Shown piece after piece: positions 22,301 to 33,358 of a DNA stretch of 64,000 bases; positions within the stretch are counted from its first letter, which is position 1; every line of letters begins with the position of its first letter. The translations under genes were made by a program, and so were the position numbers. Origin of the DNA: Escherichia coli (GTDB lineage: Bacteria > Pseudomonadota > Gammaproteobacteria > Enterobacterales > Enterobacteriaceae). Below the pieces are notes generated by a model. The model searched no databases. It saw only the letters and a program-made list of their open reading frames with translations, and was not told the origin of the DNA. Location of the stretch: assembly GCF_030013205.1 (NCBI RefSeq), contig NZ_CP122648.1, one strand, 5' to 3'.

Positions 22301-22629
22301 TTACGCAGTAGCACTGCCCCGACCACGGCTTCAACAATATTGATGGTCGTCCAGGTCATGTTCAGCGAGCTGGTGGAAAAAAGCAGGATGGATGCGGCGA
22401 TATTTCCCAGCGAGCAGCTCAGCGCAATTCCCGGCCACATGCGCCCGGCATGGCGATAAAACGCCACCATCATGATGGACGTCGGGAACCACAATGGGGC
22501 GAGTTGGGTGCCAAACTGCGAAAGCTCAAGCGAGAAAAGGGTAAAGATAAACGAGACTAAACCTAAACTGACCAGGTGAAGCAGCGGGTGGGGCAGGGCA
22601 ATTAATACATGCTGTGATTGTTTGCTCAT
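19312..22629 (-). CDS. dgcE: Diguanylate cyclase DgcE (YegE): MASE1 membrane domain, PAS domains, GGDEF and degenerate EAL domain (1105 aa)
   Basis: Track ORF; N-terminal polytopic membrane region, PAS repeats, GGDEF motif (RLGGDEFGLL). Confidence 0.9.
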   Translation of the reverse strand: MSKQSQHVLIALPHPLLHLVSLGLVSFIFTLFSLELSQFGTQLAPLWFPTSIMMVAFYRHAGRMWPGIALSCSLGNIAASILLFSTSSLNMTWTTINIVEAVVGAVLLRKLLPWYNPLQNLADWLRLALGSAIVPPLLGGVLVVLLTPGDDPLRAFLIWVLSESIGALALVPLGLLFKPHYLLRHRNPRLLFESLLTLAITLTLSWLSMLYLPWPFTFIIVLLMWSAVRLPRMEAFLIFLTTVMMVSLMMAADPSLLATPRTYLMSHMPWLPFLLILLPANIMTMVMYAFRAERKHISESETRFRNAMEYSAIGMALVGTEGQWLQSNKALCQFLGYSQEELRGLTFQQLTWPEDLNKDLQQVEKLISGEINTYSMEKRYYNRNGDVVWALLAVSLVRHTDGTPLYFIAQIEDINELKRTEQVNQQLMERITLANEAGGIGIWEWELKPNIFSWDKRMFELYEIPPHIKPNWQVWYECVLPEDRQHAEKVIRDSLQSRSPFKLEFRITVKHGIRHIRALANRVLNKEGEVERLLGINMDMTEVKQLNEALFQEKERLHITLDSIGEAVVCIDMAMKITFMNPVAEKMSGWTQEEALGVPLLTVLHITFGDNGPLMENIYSADTSRSAIEQDVVLHCRSGGSYDVHYSITPLSTLDGSNIGSVLVIQDVTESRKMLRQLSYSASHDALTHLANRASFEKQLRILLQTVNSTHQRHALVFIDLDRFKAVNDSAGHAAGDALLRELASLMLSMLRSSDVLARLGGDEFGLLLPDCNVESARFIATRIISAVNDYHFIWEGRVHRVGASAGITLIDDNNHQAAEVMSQADIACYASKNGGRGRVTVYEPQQAAAHSERAAISLDEQWRMIKENQLMMIAHGVASPRIPEARNLWLISLKLWSCEGEIIDEQTFRRSFSDPALSHALDRRVFHDFFQQAAKAIASKGLSIALPLSVAGLSSATLVNELIEQLENSPLPPRLLHLIIPADAILDHAESVQKLRLAGCRIVFSQVGRDLQIFNSLKANMADYLLLDGELCANVQGNLMDEMLITIIQGHAQRLGMKTIAGPVVLPLVMDTLSGIGVDLIYGDVIADAQPLDLLVNSSYFAIN

Positions 22630-22946
22630 TACCGCTTTATCCGCAAGACCAGGTCGCCAGTATTCGTTTCTGTGTTTATGCTAGTACAAAAGTTTTACAT
22701 TTTATATGCGAATTGCTCATAAAGTGACGTAAAGGCGGATAATTTGCGCAACTTCGTATAACAATTTTTACCTTGCATTAAAACTGAACAACGTAATTTG
22801 CCACCGGGAATTATTCGTCAACAATTACTCTGAGCGCGCGGCAACGCTATTCGACTGGTATCAGGCGGATGAAATCCCTATAATTGCCGCGTTTGGCGCT
22901 TCGTCGCCCCCTTCCTAACATCCAGGTTAATCAGGTCGCTAAATAT

Positions 22947-23588
22947 ATGACTGATCAGTCTCATCAGTGCGTCATTATCGGTATCGCTGGCGCATCGGCT
23001 TCCGGCAAGAGTCTTATTGCCAGTACCCTTTATCGTGAATTACGTGAGCAAGTCGGTGATGAACACATCGGCGTAATTCCCGAAGACTGCTATTACAAAG
23101 ATCAAAGCCATCTGTCGATGGAAGAACGCGTTAAGACCAACTACGACCATCCTAGCGCGATGGATCACAGCCTGCTGCTTGAGCATTTACAAGCATTGAA
23201 ACGCGGCTCGGCCATTGACCTGCCGGTTTACAGCTATGTTGAACATACGCGTATGAAAGAAACGGTGACGGTTGAGCCGAAGAAAGTCATCATTCTCGAA
23301 GGCATTTTGCTGCTGACGGATGCGCGTTTGCGTGATGAACTTAACTTCTCAATTTTCGTTGATACCCCGCTGGATATCTGCCTGATGCGCCGCATCAAGC
23401 GTGACGTTAACGAGCGTGGGCGTTCAATGGATTCAGTGATGGCGCAATATCAAAAAACCGTGCGTCCGATGTTCCTGCAATTCATTGAGCCTTCTAAACA
23501 ATATGCGGACATTATCGTGCCGCGCGGCGGGAAAAACCGCATCGCCATCGATATATTGAAAGCGAAAATAAGTCAGTTCTTTGAATAA
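22947..23588 (+). CDS. udk: Uridine/cytidine kinase Udk (213 aa)
   Basis: Track ORF 22884..23588 is an upstream extension; true N-terminus [22 protein letters not shown] (Walker A) at 22947; TATAAT-like -10 at about 22888. Confidence 0.95.
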
Positions 23589-23679
23589 GCTTGATAAATT
23601 GTGTACCGTTCAGTGATAACCTGGTATGCCCTTGACGTAATTGGCGTTAAGGGAGTGATGCGCGAAAGGAGAAAATGCC

Positions 23680-24261
23680 ATGCGTCTGTGTGACCGAGAT
23701 ATTGAAGCCTGGCTTGATGAAGGCCGTTTGTCGATCAACCCACGTCCGCCAGTGGAGCGTATTAACGGCGCGACGGTGGATGTACGCCTGGGCAATAAAT
23801 TTCGTACCTTCCGTGGTCACACGGCAGCGTTTATCGATCTGAGCGGTCCCAAAGATGAAGTGAGCGCCGCGCTTGACCGCGTGATGAGCGATGAGATCGT
23901 TCTCGATGAAAGCGAGGCGTTCTATCTTCACCCAGGAGAGCTGGCGCTGGCGGTGACGCTGGAGTCGGTGACGCTGCCAGCCGATCTGGTGGGCTGGCTG
24001 GACGGGCGTTCCTCATTGGCGCGTCTGGGGCTGATGGTGCACGTCACCGCGCACCGCATCGATCCGGGCTGGTCTGGCTGCATTGTGCTGGAGTTCTACA
24101 ACTCCGGTAAGCTGCCGCTGGCGCTGCGTCCGGGCATGTTAATTGGTGCGCTGAGCTTTGAGCCGCTTTCCGGCCCGGCGGCGCGACCATACAACCGCCG
24201 CGAAGATGCGAAATATCGCAACCAGCAGGGCGCGGTAGCCAGCCGAATCGATAAAGACTAA
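23680..24261 (+). CDS. dcd: dCTP deaminase Dcd (193 aa)
   Basis: Track [23 protein letters not shown]-terminus, dUTPase-like fold motifs. Confidence 0.95.
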   Translation: MRLCDRDIEAWLDEGRLSINPRPPVERINGATVDVRLGNKFRTFRGHTAAFIDLSGPKDEVSAALDRVMSDEIVLDESEAFYLHPGELALAVTLESVTLPADLVGWLDGRSSLARLGLMVHVTAHRIDPGWSGCIVLEFYNSGKLPLALRPGMLIGALSFEPLSGPAARPYNRREDAKYRNQQGAVASRIDKD

Positions 24262-24282
24262 TTCAGGCCCATTGAGGATACC

Positions 24283-26136
24283 ATGAGACGATTTCTGACG
24301 ACGCTGATGATACTCCTGGTCGTGCTGGTGGCCGGGTTATCTGCGTTAGTGTTGCTGGTGAATCCGAATGATTTCCGCGACTATATGGTCAAGCAAGTTG
24401 CTGCACGTAGCGGTTATCAATTGCAGCTCGACGGGCCACTGCGTTGGCACGTCTGGCCGCAGCTTAGTATCCTCTCCGGGCGAATGTCTCTCACCGCCCA
24501 GGGCGCGAGCCAGCCACTGGTTCGCGCCGACAACATGCGTCTGGACGTGGCGCTTTTACCACTACTGAGTCATCAACTGAGCGTTAAGCAGGTGATGCTA
24601 AAAGGGGCAGTGATCCAACTGACGCCGCAGACGGAAGCGGTGCGCAGTGAAGACGCTCCGGTTGCACCGCGCGACAATACCTTGCCGGATCTGTCAGACG
24701 ATCGCGGATGGTCGTTTGATATATCCAGTCTTAAGGTGGCGGACAGCGTGCTGGTGTTCCAGCATGAAGATGACGAGCAGGTGACAATCCGCAATATCCG
24801 TCTGCAAATGGAACAAGATCCCCAACATCGTGGCTCATTTGAGTTCTCCGGGCGGGTTAATCGCGATCAGCGCGATCTCACGATATCCCTTAACGGTACG
24901 GTAGATGCTTCTGATTATCCGCATGATTTAACGGCGGCTATTGAACAAATTAACTGGCAGTTGCAGGGTGCAGATTTACCAAAACAAGGTATTCAGGGGC
25001 AGGGGAGTTTCCAGGCCCAGTGGCAGGAGTCACATAAACGCCTTTCATTTAACCAAATCAGCTTGACCGCCAATGACAGTACGCTGAGCGGGCAAGCACA
25101 GGTCACACTGACAGAGAAACCGGAATGGCAGCTGAGGCTGCAATTCCCGCAACTGAATCTTGACAACCTCATCCCCCTTAATGAAACAGCGAACGGTGAG
25201 AACGGTGCCGCGCAGCAAGGGCAGAGCCAATCAACGTTGCCGCGCCCGGTCATTTCTTCGCGTATTGATGAACCGGCCTATCAGGGACTGCAAGGCTTTA
25301 CGGCTGATATTTTGTTGCAGGCCAGTAACGTGCGCTGGCGCGGAATGAATTTTACAGATGTTGCCACGCAAATGACCAACAAGTCGGGTTTACTGGAAAT
25401 TACTCAACTGCAGGGCAAACTTAACGGTGGACAGGTTTCGCTGCCGGGCACGCTGGACGCGACATCAATAAATCCGCGGATAAACTTCCAGCCACGGCTG
25501 GAAAACGTTGAGATTGGTACCATTCTGAAGGCGTTTAACTATCCGATTTCGTTGACCGGAAAAATGTCACTGGCTGGTGATTTCTCCGGTGCTGACATAG
25601 ATGCCGACGCATTCCGCCACAACTGGCAAGGACAGGCACATGTCGAAATGACCGACACGCGCATGGAAGGGATGAACTTCCAGCAGATGATTCAGCAAGC
25701 GGTAGAACGTAATGGTGGTGATGTGAAGGCCGCTGAAAACTTCGATAACGTAACGCGTCTTGACCGCTTTACCACCGATTTGACGTTGAAGGATGGCGTC
25801 GTGACGTTAAACGACATGCAAGGTCAATCGCCTGTGCTGGCGCTTACAGGGGAAGGTATGTTGAATCTGGCAGATCAAACCTGCGACACCCAGTTTGATA
25901 TTCGGGTCGTGGGTGGCTGGAACGGGGAAAGCAAACTGATTGATTTCCTCAAAGAAACGCCAGTACCGCTGCGGGTTTATGGCAACTGGCAGCAACTCAA
26001 TTACAGTCTGCAAGTGGATCAGTTACTGCGCAAACATCTACAGGACGAAGCGAAACGTCGCCTGAATGACTGGGCCGAGCGGAATAAAGATTCCCGCAAT
26101 GGCAAAGATGTGAAGAAGTTGCTGGAGAAGATGTAG
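24283..26136 (+). CDS. asmA: AsmA, outer-membrane assembly / AsmA-family protein (617 aa)
   Basis: Track ORF; N-terminal signal anchor MRRFLTTLMILLVVLVAGL; AsmA family; position after dcd. Confidence 0.9.
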   Translation: MRRFLTTLMILLVVLVAGLSALVLLVNPNDFRDYMVKQVAARSGYQLQLDGPLRWHVWPQLSILSGRMSLTAQGASQPLVRADNMRLDVALLPLLSHQLSVKQVMLKGAVIQLTPQTEAVRSEDAPVAPRDNTLPDLSDDRGWSFDISSLKVADSVLVFQHEDDEQVTIRNIRLQMEQDPQHRGSFEFSGRVNRDQRDLTISLNGTVDASDYPHDLTAAIEQINWQLQGADLPKQGIQGQGSFQAQWQESHKRLSFNQISLTANDSTLSGQAQVTLTEKPEWQLRLQFPQLNLDNLIPLNETANGENGAAQQGQSQSTLPRPVISSRIDEPAYQGLQGFTADILLQASNVRWRGMNFTDVATQMTNKSGLLEITQLQGKLNGGQVSLPGTLDATSINPRINFQPRLENVEIGTILKAFNYPISLTGKMSLAGDFSGADIDADAFRHNWQGQAHVEMTDTRMEGMNFQQMIQQAVERNGGDVKAAENFDNVTRLDRFTTDLTLKDGVVTLNDMQGQSPVLALTGEGMLNLADQTCDTQFDIRVVGGWNGESKLIDFLKETPVPLRVYGNWQQLNYSLQVDQLLRKHLQDEAKRRLNDWAERNKDSRNGKDVKKLLEKM

Positions 26137-26153
26137 GTTACCAGGTGACCTGT

Positions 26154-26193
26154 CCTGTAGGCCTGATAAGACGCGTAAAGCGTCGCATCAGGC
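26154..26193. repeat. REP element between convergent asmA and yegH (cctgtaggcctgataagacgcgtaaagcgtcgcatcaggcg)
   Basis: Canonical REP palindrome seen directly in sequence. Confidence 0.6.
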
Positions 26194-26428
26194 GTTCGTG
26201 GCGGCACCATTATATTCTGAATATGTAAGATCGAAGGCTGTTCCGTTCACTTGATGTTCCTCGCTACTATGGAACGCTCAAGCCGGTGAACGTGCCAGGG
26301 TGGCTCAATCTCCACCACCCTGGCAACCCGGACCCACACCCCCGCTGTGATGTCCATGTACCACAGACAACGCTTCATTGCTGAAGTTATAAGGCGTTAC
26401 GCAGCATTGGGTAAAATGGCCGATACCA

Positions 26429-28012
26429 TCACACCTCGTACTCCATCTCGCCATCCTTACGCAGCGGTATAATCTGCACCTTCTGCACGCGATGGCTTTC
26501 CACCTGCAACGTTTTAAGCAAATAATCCCCCACCTGAACTTCTTCGCCAGGTTTTGGAATACGCTGCAAATATTCCATCAGCAGCCCGGCAATGGTGTGA
26601 TATTCGCGTTTCTCATCCAGCGGTAGCGGCACATATTGCACCAGATCTTCCAGTGGCATATGACCATTCGCCGTCCAGGAACCGTCGGCGTTTTTCTGAA
26701 TATCATGGCGGGCGTCGATCTCTTCCACTTCGTTCGGCAAGTTACCGGCAATAGTTTCCGTGACGTCACTTAATGTCACAATCCCTTCCACCGAGCCAAA
26801 CTCATCCACTACAAAAGCAAAGTGCGTGCGGGCATTACGGAACTGCTCCAGGGCAGGTAACAACGGCAAGGTTTCCGGGAACACCAGCGGCTGGCGAATC
26901 AACACCCGCAGGTTGAGCGGTTCGCCGCGCAGAGACTGTTGTAGCAGGTCGATAACGTGAACAACACCGAGCAAATCTTCTGCGTCATCACCGTCGGTAA
27001 CCACCAGCCGCGTATGCTGATTTCGCTCCAGCAACTGGCGGATTTCTTCTTCCGGCGCGTTGAGATCGATATGCTCAATATCGTGGCGCGACGTCATAAT
27101 GCTGCTGACGGTACGCTGGTTAAGATTAAGTACCCGCTCAATCATCCGCCGTTCCTGCGGATTAAAGATTTGCTGGTTACCATGATCCACCAGCATGGAC
27201 GCGGTTTCGGCGTCCAGTTCCGCATCTTCTTTTTGCCCGCTAAGCAGGCGCATTACCGCTTCGGTAGTCCGCTGGCGCAGCGTCTGGTTAGCGGAAAGAA
27301 AACGTCGCCGGTTAAAGATAGCCAACTGATTGAGCGCCTCGATCATCACCGAGAAACCAATAGCAGCGTACAGGTAGCCTTTCGGAATGACGAAGCCGAA
27401 ACCTTCTGCCACCAGGCTAAAGCCAATCATCAACAGGAAGCTTAAGCAGAGAATAACGATCGTCGGGTGACTGTTAACAAATTGCGTTAACGGCTTGCTG
27501 GCCATCAACATCAGGCTAATAGCGATAACGACGGCGGCCATCATGACCAGTAAATGGTCGACCATCCCGACGGCGGTAATCACCGAGTCGAGTGAGAAGA
27601 TGGCGTCCAGTACCACAATTTGTGTCACCACCCCCCAGAACTTCGCACCTTTGCGTTGCGTGGGGTTATTGCTGTCTTTCCCTTCCAGCCGTTCGTTCAG
27701 CTCCATCGTGGCTTTGAACAGCAGGAAGAAACCACCAAACAGCATGATTAAGTCGCGGGCGCTAAAGGTAAACGAGCGGAAGCTGAATAGCGGTTGTGTC
27801 AGGGTGACCAGCCAGGAGATTGACGCCAGCAGTAACAGGCGCATTAACATCGCCAGCAGCAGCCCGGTAACCCGTGCGCGGTCGCGCTGCTTCGGCGGTA
27901 GTTTTTCGGCGAGGATGGCAATAAAGACCAGGTTATCAATGCCGAGGACCAGTTCGATCACAATCAGCGTGATTAACCCGGCCCAGATAGACGGATCGGC
28001 AATCCATTCCAT
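26429..28012 (-). CDS. yegH: YegH, inner-membrane protein with TerC-family membrane domain, CBS pair and CorC/HlyC C-terminal domain (527 aa)
   Basis: Track ORF 26429..28078 is an upstream extension; likely start at [33 protein letters not shown] (TerC motif). Confidence 0.85.
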   Translation of the reverse strand: MEWIADPSIWAGLITLIVIELVLGIDNLVFIAILAEKLPPKQRDRARVTGLLLAMLMRLLLLASISWLVTLTQPLFSFRSFTFSARDLIMLFGGFFLLFKATMELNERLEGKDSNNPTQRKGAKFWGVVTQIVVLDAIFSLDSVITAVGMVDHLLVMMAAVVIAISLMLMASKPLTQFVNSHPTIVILCLSFLLMIGFSLVAEGFGFVIPKGYLYAAIGFSVMIEALNQLAIFNRRRFLSANQTLRQRTTEAVMRLLSGQKEDAELDAETASMLVDHGNQQIFNPQERRMIERVLNLNQRTVSSIMTSRHDIEHIDLNAPEEEIRQLLERNQHTRLVVTDGDDAEDLLGVVHVIDLLQQSLRGEPLNLRVLIRQPLVFPETLPLLPALEQFRNARTHFAFVVDEFGSVEGIVTLSDVTETIAGNLPNEVEEIDARHDIQKNADGSWTANGHMPLEDLVQYVPLPLDEKREYHTIAGLLMEYLQRIPKPGEEVQVGDYLLKTLQVESHRVQKVQIIPLRKDGEMEYEV

Positions 28013-28218
28013 AGTAAGTACAAAACCTATTCGTTGTATGACAAATGTCACAATTCGATCATGGATAAATCGGGGCAAAAATGCAATGTTGCAGCACTAT
28101 TTATCTCATATTATTTGAGGTTTATAACCTCACATTATCCCTTAATTAAAAGTGGTAATAATAAAACATTATTTAAGAAATATCGCATGTGGAGACACTA
28201 TATTAAATATTGTCAATC

Positions 28219-28232
28219 TAAAGAAACTCCTA
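28219..28232 (+). promoter_or_regulatory. Candidate RcsAB box (taaagaaactccta) about 440-450 bp upstream of wza
   Basis: Loose similarity to the RcsAB-box consensus TaAGaatatTCctA, at the distance from wza where the box is reported; match is imperfect. Confidence 0.3.
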
Positions 28233-28461
28233 AAAACCATATTGAATGACACTTAATATAATTCTTAAAAATAGCCAATTGCCGAATTGTTACCTTGCCT
28301 GCTATTCCGTTAGCTGTAACACTTCCTCCTGCATTATTGGAGAGCCAATATTCAATTACCATAATGTCACCTTATATTCGGAAGTTAATTTTCGCAATAA
28401 CCCTTTCTCATCAACGACTGTATGTTGAGAGGGTTTTAAAAATTAAGCTAAATCAGTGTAT

Positions 28462-28500
28462 TGGTAGCTAAAAAGCCAGGGGCGGTAGCGTGTCTGGATG
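28462..28500 (+). promoter_or_regulatory. JUMPstart element with ops motif GGCGGTAGCGTG (28481-28492) in the wza leader
   Basis: Exact ops 12-mer preceded by the ggtagc direct repeat; 20-nt stretch aagccaggggcggtagcgtg identical to the copy upstream of rmlB. Confidence 0.8.
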
Positions 28501-28670
28501 CCTGAAAGACCAGTCTGAATTATTCTGTCAATAGCCTGCGGATGAAATCAATTTTTTTAGGACTGATGCCAGTTAAATTTTTATTCAATTAACTGCAAGG
28601 TAAATGTGCATGGCGACATTGCTATTAATAGTGCACAGGATAATTACTCTGCCAAAGTGATAAATAAACA

Positions 28671-29810
28671 ATGATGAAATCCAAAATGAAATTGATGCCA
28701 TTATTGGTGTCAGTAACCTTGATAAGCGGTTGCACAGTACTTCCGGGCAGCAATATGTCGACGATGGGCAAAGACGTCATCAAACAGCAGGACGCTGATT
28801 TCGATCTCGACAAAATGGTGAATGTTTATCCGTTGACCCCGCGCCTGATTGACCAATTACGTCCACGACCCAACGTAGCGCGCCCCAATATGACGCTGGA
28901 AAGTGAGATCGCGAATTACCAGTATCGCGTCGGGCCGGGGGACGTTCTTAATGTCACCGTCTGGGATCACCCGGAACTCACCACGCCAGCCGGTCAGTAC
29001 CGTAGCTCCAGCGACACCGGCAACTGGGTACAGCCTGACGGCACCATGTTCTACCCGTATATCGGCAAAGTTCACGTGGTGGGGAAAACGCTCGCTGAAA
29101 TCCGCAGTGATATTACCGGGCGCTTAGCGACGTACATCGCTGACCCGCAGGTGGACGTTAATATCGCCGCCTTCCGCTCGCAAAAAGCGTATATCTCAGG
29201 TCAGGTGAATAAATCCGGTCAACAGGCCATCACCAACGTACCACTGACCATTCTCGATGCCATCAACGCCGCAGGTGGCCTGACCGACACCGCTGACTGG
29301 CGCAACGTGGTGCTAACACACAATGGTCGTGAAGAACGCATTTCTTTGCAGGCGCTGATGCAAAACGGCGACCTCAATCAGAACCGACTGCTTTATCCCG
29401 GCGATATTCTCTACGTGCCGCGTAATGATGATCTGAAAGTATTTGTGATGGGTGAAGTGAAAAAACAGAGCACCCTGAAAATGGACTTTAGCGGCATGAC
29501 CCTGACTGAAGCCCTGGGCAATGCTGAAGGCATCGACATGACCACCTCCAACGCCAGCGGCATCTTTGTCATTCGTCCGCTGAAAGGCGAGGGCGGGCGT
29601 AACGGCAAGATTGCCAATATCTATCAGCTGGATATGTCCGATGCCACGTCGCTGGTGATGGCGACAGAATTCCGCCTGCAACCTTATGACGTGGTGTATG
29701 TCACCACCGCACCGGTTTCCCGCTGGAACCGTCTGATCAATCAGTTGCTGCCAACTATTAGCGGTGTCCGTTACATGACGGATACAGCCAGCGACATTCA
29801 TAACTGGTAA
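28671..29810 (+). CDS. wza: Colanic acid export outer-membrane lipoprotein Wza (379 aa)
   Basis: Track ORF; lipoprotein signal [21 protein letters not shown]. Confidence 0.95.
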   Translation: MMKSKMKLMPLLVSVTLISGCTVLPGSNMSTMGKDVIKQQDADFDLDKMVNVYPLTPRLIDQLRPRPNVARPNMTLESEIANYQYRVGPGDVLNVTVWDHPELTTPAGQYRSSSDTGNWVQPDGTMFYPYIGKVHVVGKTLAEIRSDITGRLATYIADPQVDVNIAAFRSQKAYISGQVNKSGQQAITNVPLTILDAINAAGGLTDTADWRNVVLTHNGREERISLQALMQNGDLNQNRLLYPGDILYVPRNDDLKVFVMGEVKKQSTLKMDFSGMTLTEALGNAEGIDMTTSNASGIFVIRPLKGEGGRNGKIANIYQLDMSDATSLVMATEFRLQPYDVVYVTTAPVSRWNRLINQLLPTISGVRYMTDTASDIHNW

Positions 29811-29815
29811 TCGTC

Positions 29816-30259
29816 ATGTTTAACAACATCTTAGTTGTCTGCGTCGGCAATATTTGCCGTTCCCCGACGGCGGAACGCTTACTGCAACGTTATCACCCGG
29901 AGCTAAAAGTGGAGTCCGCTGGACTCGGCGCGCTGGTCGGTAAGGGCGCTGACCCTACCGCTATCAGCATCGCCGCAGAACATCAACTGTCTCTGGAAGG
30001 TCACTGTGCCCGTCAAATCAGCCGCAGCCTGTGTCGCAACTACGACCTGATTTTGACCATGGAAAAGCGCCATATCGAACGCTTATGCGAGATGGCACCT
30101 GAGATGCGCGGCAAAGTGATGCTGTTTGGTCACTGGGATAACGAATGTGAAATCCCCGATCCATATCGCAAAAGCCGGGAAACGTTTGCAGCGGTGTACA
30201 CATTACTTGAACGGTCTGCCCGCCAGTGGGCGCAGGCATTGAACGCAGAGCAGGTATAA
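29816..30259 (+). CDS. wzb: Low-molecular-weight protein-tyrosine phosphatase Wzb (147 aa)
   Basis: Track ORF; CX5R P-loop (VCVGNICRSP). Confidence 0.95.
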   Translation: MFNNILVVCVGNICRSPTAERLLQRYHPELKVESAGLGALVGKGADPTAISIAAEHQLSLEGHCARQISRSLCRNYDLILTMEKRHIERLCEMAPEMRGKVMLFGHWDNECEIPDPYRKSRETFAAVYTLLERSARQWAQALNAEQV

Positions 30260-30261
30260 GA

Positions 30262-32424
30262 ATGACAGAAAAAGTAAAACAACATGCCGCTCCGGTAACG
30301 GGCAGTGATGAAATCGATATTGGTCGCCTGGTCGGCACCGTCATTGAAGCGCGCTGGTGGGTGATTGGCATCACCGCCGTATTTGCCCTCTGTGCCGTGG
30401 TTTACACCTTCTTCGCCACGCCGATTTATAGTGCCGACGCACTGGTACAAATCGAGCAAAACAGCGGCAATTCGTTAGTGCAGGACATTGGTTCGGCATT
30501 AGCCAACAAACCGCCAGCATCGGACGCCGAGATCCAGTTGATTCGTTCGCGTCTGGTGCTTGGTAAAACGGTGGACGATCTCGACCTCGATATTGCGGTG
30601 AGCAAAAACACGTTCCCGATTTTCGGTGCGGGCTGGGATCGCCTGATGGGACGCCAGAACGAGACGGTAAAAGTGACCACCTTTAACCGCCCGAAAGAGA
30701 TGGCGGAACAGGTGTTTACGCTTAATGTGCTGGACGATAAAAACTACACTCTGAGCAGCGATGGCGGCTTTAGCGCCCGTGGGCAAGCGGGCCAGATGCT
30801 GAAAAAAGAAGGCGTCACGCTGATGGTTGAAGCCATTCACGCCCGCCCGGGTAGTGAGTTTACCGTCACCAAATACTCCACGCTGGGGATGATCAATCAA
30901 CTACAAAACAGCCTGACGGTAACGGAGAACGGCAAAGACGCAGGCGTACTGAGCCTGACTTATACCGGTGAAGATCGCGAACAGATCCGCGACATTCTTA
31001 ACAGCATCGCTCGTAACTATCAGGAACAAAATATTGAGCGCAAATCGGCGGAAGCGTCGAAAAGCCTCGCTTTCCTCGCGCAACAGTTACCGGAAGTACG
31101 TAGCCGCCTTGATGTTGCCGAAAACAAACTGAATGCCTTCCGTCAGGATAAAGATTCTGTTGATCTGCCGCTGGAAGCGAAAGCGGTGCTCGATTCGATG
31201 GTGAACATCGACGCGCAGTTGAACGAACTGACCTTTAAAGAAGCGGAAATCTCCAAGCTATACACCAAAGTTCACCCGGCGTATCGCACGCTGCTGGAGA
31301 AACGGCAGGCGCTGGAAGAAGAGAAAGCCAAACTTAACGGTCGCGTAACGGCGATGCCGAGAACTCAGCAGGAAATTGTCCGTCTGACCCGCGATGTCGA
31401 GTCTGGGCAGCAGGTCTATATGCAGCTGCTGAATAAAGAGCAGGAGCTGAAAATCACCGAAGCCAGCACCGTCGGCGATGTGCGCATTGTTGACCCGGCA
31501 ATCACCCAGCCAGGTGTGCTGAAACCGAAGAAAGGGCTGATTATCCTCGGTGCGATTATCCTTGGCCTGATGCTCTCTATCGTGGGTGTACTGCTGCGCT
31601 CGTTGTTTAATCGCGGCATCGAAAGCCCGCAAGTGCTGGAAGAACACGGTATCAGCGTATATGCCAGCATCCCGCTGTCGGAGTGGCAAAAAGCGCGCGA
31701 TAGCGTCAAAACCATCAAAGGGGTTAAACGCTATAAACAGAGCCAGCTACTGGCGGTGGGGAATCCAACCGATCTGGCGATTGAAGCCATCCGCAGTCTG
31801 CGTACCAGTCTGCACTTCGCGATGATGCAGGCGCAGAACAATGTGTTGATGATGACCGGGGTTAGCCCGTCAATCGGTAAAACCTTTGTCTGCGCCAACC
31901 TGGCGGCGGTGATCAGCCAGACCAATAAACGGGTGTTGTTGATCGACTGCGATATGCGCAAAGGCTACACCCACGAGCTGTTGGGCACTAATAACGTTAA
32001 TGGCCTGTCGGAAATTCTGATTGGTCAGGGCGATATTACTACCGCGGCTAAACCGACCTCTATTGCCAAATTTGACCTGATCCCGCGCGGTCAGGTGCCG
32101 CCAAATCCTTCTGAACTGTTGATGAGCGAACGCTTTGCCGAACTGGTGAACTGGGCGAGTAAAAACTATGACCTGGTGTTGATTGATACGCCGCCGATTC
32201 TGGCAGTGACCGATGCGGCAATTGTTGGTCGTCATGTCGGAACCACGTTAATGGTGGCGCGTTATGCGGTCAACACATTGAAAGAAGTGGAAACCAGTCT
32301 GAGCCGCTTTGAGCAAAATGGTATTCCGGTGAAAGGGGTGATTCTGAACTCCATCTTCCGCCGCGCCAGCGCGTATCAGGATTATGGCTATTACGAATAC
32401 GAATATAAGTCGGATGCGAAATAA
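30262..32424 (+). CDS. wzc: Tyrosine autokinase / polysaccharide co-polymerase Wzc (720 aa)
   Basis: Track ORF 30226..32424 extends upstream; start MTEKVKQHAAP at 30262; Walker A GVSPSIGKT; C-terminal tyrosine cluster YQDYGYYEYEY. Confidence 0.95.
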   Translation: MTEKVKQHAAPVTGSDEIDIGRLVGTVIEARWWVIGITAVFALCAVVYTFFATPIYSADALVQIEQNSGNSLVQDIGSALANKPPASDAEIQLIRSRLVLGKTVDDLDLDIAVSKNTFPIFGAGWDRLMGRQNETVKVTTFNRPKEMAEQVFTLNVLDDKNYTLSSDGGFSARGQAGQMLKKEGVTLMVEAIHARPGSEFTVTKYSTLGMINQLQNSLTVTENGKDAGVLSLTYTGEDREQIRDILNSIARNYQEQNIERKSAEASKSLAFLAQQLPEVRSRLDVAENKLNAFRQDKDSVDLPLEAKAVLDSMVNIDAQLNELTFKEAEISKLYTKVHPAYRTLLEKRQALEEEKAKLNGRVTAMPRTQQEIVRLTRDVESGQQVYMQLLNKEQELKITEASTVGDVRIVDPAITQPGVLKPKKGLIILGAIILGLMLSIVGVLLRSLFNRGIESPQVLEEHGISVYASIPLSEWQKARDSVKTIKGVKRYKQSQLLAVGNPTDLAIEAIRSLRTSLHFAMMQAQNNVLMMTGVSPSIGKTFVCANLAAVISQTNKRVLLIDCDMRKGYTHELLGTNNVNGLSEILIGQGDITTAAKPTSIAKFDLIPRGQVPPNPSELLMSERFAELVNWASKNYDLVLIDTPPILAVTDAAIVGRHVGTTLMVARYAVNTLKEVETSLSRFEQNGIPVKGVILNSIFRRASAYQDYGYYEYEYKSDAK

Positions 32425-32445
32425 CGACGCCTGCATTCGCACCGC

Positions 32446-32483
32446 CCCGTAGGCCGGATAAGGCGTTCACGCCGCATCCGGCA
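32446..32483. repeat. REP element downstream of wzc
   Basis: gtaggccggataaggcgttcacgccgcatccggca palindrome, REP consensus. Confidence 0.55.
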
Positions 32484-32516
32484 AGCAAACCAGCTCATAA
32501 GCCGGGAGAACAACCT

Positions 32517-33356
32517 ATGAAAGACAATCCGCTGATCTCAATCTATATGCCGACCTGGAACCGCCAACAACTGGCGATTCGGGCGATAAAATCGGTCCTG
32601 CGCCAGGACTACAGTAACTGGGAGATGATCATCGTGGATGATTGCTCCACCTCCTGGGAACAGCTGCAACAGTACGTCAGCGCCCTCAACGATCCGCGCA
32701 TCACTTACATTCACAACGACATTAACAGCGGGGCGTGCGCGGTACGTAACCAGGCGATTATGCTGGCGCAAGGGGAATATATCACCGGGATCGATGATGA
32801 TGATGAATGGACACCCAACCGCCTGAGCGTCTTCCTCGCCCATAAACAGCAACTGGTCACACACGCCTTTTTGTACGCTAACGATTACGTTTGCCAGGGC
32901 GAAGTCTATTCCCAACCGGCAAGTTTGCCGCTGTATCCCAAATCGCCGTATTCACGCCGCCTGTTCTATAAACGGAATATCATTGGCAATCAGGTCTTTA
33001 CCTGGGCATGGCGTTTCAAAGAGTGTTTGTTCGATACCGAACTGAAAGCGGCACAGGATTACGACATCTTCCTGAGGATGGTGGTGGAGTACGGCGAACC
33101 GTGGAAAGTGGAAGAGGCGACGCAGATTCTGCATATCAATCACGGTGAAATGCAGATCACCTCGTCACCGAAAAAATTCTCCGGATACTTCCACTTTTAC
33201 CGCAAGCACAAAGACAAATTTGACCGCGCCAGCAAAAAATATCAGCTGTTTACCCTCTACCAGATCCGCAATAAACGCATGACCTGGCGCACTTTGCTGA
33301 CGCTGCTGTCGGTGCGTAACGGCAAACGTCTGGCTGATGGTATTCGGGGGCGCTAA
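32517..33356 (+). CDS. wcaA: Colanic acid glycosyltransferase WcaA (GT2, 279 aa)
   Basis: Track ORF; GT2 motifs (SIYMPTWNR, IVDDCS, DDDDEW). Confidence 0.9.
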   Translation: MKDNPLISIYMPTWNRQQLAIRAIKSVLRQDYSNWEMIIVDDCSTSWEQLQQYVSALNDPRITYIHNDINSGACAVRNQAIMLAQGEYITGIDDDDEWTPNRLSVFLAHKQQLVTHAFLYANDYVCQGEVYSQPASLPLYPKSPYSRRLFYKRNIIGNQVFTWAWRFKECLFDTELKAAQDYDIFLRMVVEYGEPWKVEEATQILHINHGEMQITSSPKKFSGYFHFYRKHKDKFDRASKKYQLFTLYQIRNKRMTWRTLLTLLSVRNGKRLADGIRGR

Positions 33357-33358
33357 AG

